Below are positions 62,281 through 64,000 of a DNA stretch of 64,000 nt, in pieces. The translations under genes and the position numbers were made by a program. Within the stretch, counting starts at the first letter, position 1; each line of letters begins with the position of its first letter. The stretch comes from Lama guanicoe (Eukaryota): positions 8,924,970-8,988,969 of the forward strand of contig MU056000.1 of assembly GCA_013239625.1 (NCBI GenBank). Direction: 5' to 3'. The notes beneath the pieces are model-generated. The model did no database searches, was not told the DNA's origin, and worked only from the letters and a program-made list of their open reading frames with translations.

Positions 62281-64000
62281 GAGGATGGAAGTTACTCATT
62301 ATATAAAAATGGCATGTATGCCAGATTCTTACTAACTAGAATGTATTTCATCTAAATAGAATCCAGTTATACTCTTATGGTCAGCTTGTCTAGAGAGCAA
62401 CTTTTATATGAAACTGAAATCATCATTAGATTAGACAACAATTATATGGCTGATGGTCTGGAAAGTAAAAACAGTAGAATAGAAAAGTTTAAACTATTTA
62501 GTGGAGAGGAGAAAATATTTCTTACAAGAATCCTTCAAAAGCAATAAAAAGTAAATCAAGAATATTTGAATACTGGAGAGAACCCACCCCTCTGCCCCCC
62601 AAAAAAGTCATTCTTCTGGGCAATATACCACAGATGGTAGATTATGTCACAAAAATCAGTAAGAAAAAAATGAATGTAAATTCTGTATAGATTAACCTAC
62701 ACAAAATAATCATCAGAATGTCAATTTATCTTTCAAAATATCACAATAAAATCATGATTCAACGTGCTGTATTGTTCGGATGCTTAAAATATTTTTAAAG
62801 GGCAAGGTTTACCTTTAATACATGTAACAAAGTTAATAATTTTTGACAAAGTGGACAATGATAAGGTCATATATCAAGCTGAATATAATAGGTAGCCCAT
62901 TTTACCATGAGTGGGATACTCAAATGCTTAGAAAAATGATTCTCTGCTTGACAATTTCAGTGATAAAAATGACATTAGAATATAATTGTCCAGGAATTAA
63001 GTAGAAAGTGTCAGCCTCTATAAAACAATACAGGTTATGACAGTTAGGGCAACAATTCAATGGTTGAGATTTTGTTAAAAAATATGAGAGAACTTTAAAG
63101 GGGAAATATTCAAGAGAGAGAATCTGAAGCCTAATCTGCCCATTGTCTTCACTGGGAAATCGAACATAATGCTTAGAATGGCATTTGTTTACATTGAATT
63201 ATACTTATTTTGAGGAATTGTAGGAATAATATTACATATGTTAAGTAGACTCTGGCTTTCAAAATATAGTAAAAGGGATAAAAGTCTAGTGAGTTAAGAA
63301 AATGAACTATATAAAACAAGTGATGATTAACTTAGAGAATTTACCAGAATCATAAATATGACTGAGAAGGCATGCAAAAATAAGATCTATGAGTATATTT
63401 CCTCCCTCAGGAAAACTAAGCTTTAATTACTGAACAGGAGAGTGTGTCTTCATTTAAATTAATTTCCAGGCTCACAACCTCAAGGATATACTGGGAGAAT
63501 ATTTTCGTGTGGATTTGAATGAATGCTTTTTTGCATGGAATTTTGCAATTTCTTTACCCTATTTCTGAACTAGAGAGAAATTGTGTGTGTGTCAATGCTT
63601 GTATGTGTGTGTAGATGCCTGTGTGTGTGTATTTTAATCTAGATTCCTTTAGAAAAGAATGATTCTAAATCTGAAAGGAAAGTTCTATCAAGCAAAACAA
63701 AGTTATTAACAAAACATAATACAAAGAAAAAAAACAAAAGTGCAAAGTCATATGTAAAAATTTGAAAGGAACTTTATTAGGAAACATAAAGAAGCTCGGA
63801 ATTGCAAGAATTATAGAATAATTTTCACAGCCCCATTAAAGACATAAGAACATGTACTTACTACAGTAAAAAGTCGGCTTACTCTTTAAATGAAACTAAT
63901 ATGTAATAGTGGTAACTGAAACCAGGCCATGGGGACTTAAGAAGGAAATTATATGGCCTCATTGCAAACAGTGAATTTAATACACTTGATTATTTTAACA

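Noticed and set aside
62400..63900. Possible very old L1M/HAL1 remnants
   Set aside because: The A-rich sequence is suggestive but too degenerate to assign a family or boundaries by eye.

Overview
This is AT-rich, CpG-depleted mammalian non-coding DNA (intergenic or deep intronic), most likely from a camelid (alpaca or camel). The evidence is two tRNA-Ala-derived vic-1-type SINEs, a camelid-type L1 3' end and cetartiodactyl MER41-like LTRs. I saw no Alu, B1/B2, Bov-tA/BovB or PRE1. I found no host protein-coding gene, rRNA, functional tRNA or CRISPR array. The listed ORFs are short chance ORFs or decayed L1/ERV remnants. A large share of the window is interspersed repeat: L1 of several ages, L2, MIR, MaLR/ERVL/ERV1 LTRs and hAT MITEs. 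The most unusual structures are (i) two unrelated, adjacent tandem duplications that both start with a 108-bp offset (30026-30464), (ii) a cluster of CACGTG E-boxes at 30.9-32.8 kb, (iii) a twin-primed 5'-inverted L1 with target-site duplication (TSD) and microhomology (20603-22043), (iv) a tail-less tRNA-Ala-like element with intact Pol III A/B boxes, and (v) a 110-bp micro-cluster of 11 CpGs. I could not support a new biological system. Repeat family names come from recalled consensus sequences, not from a database search, and boundaries are approximate.
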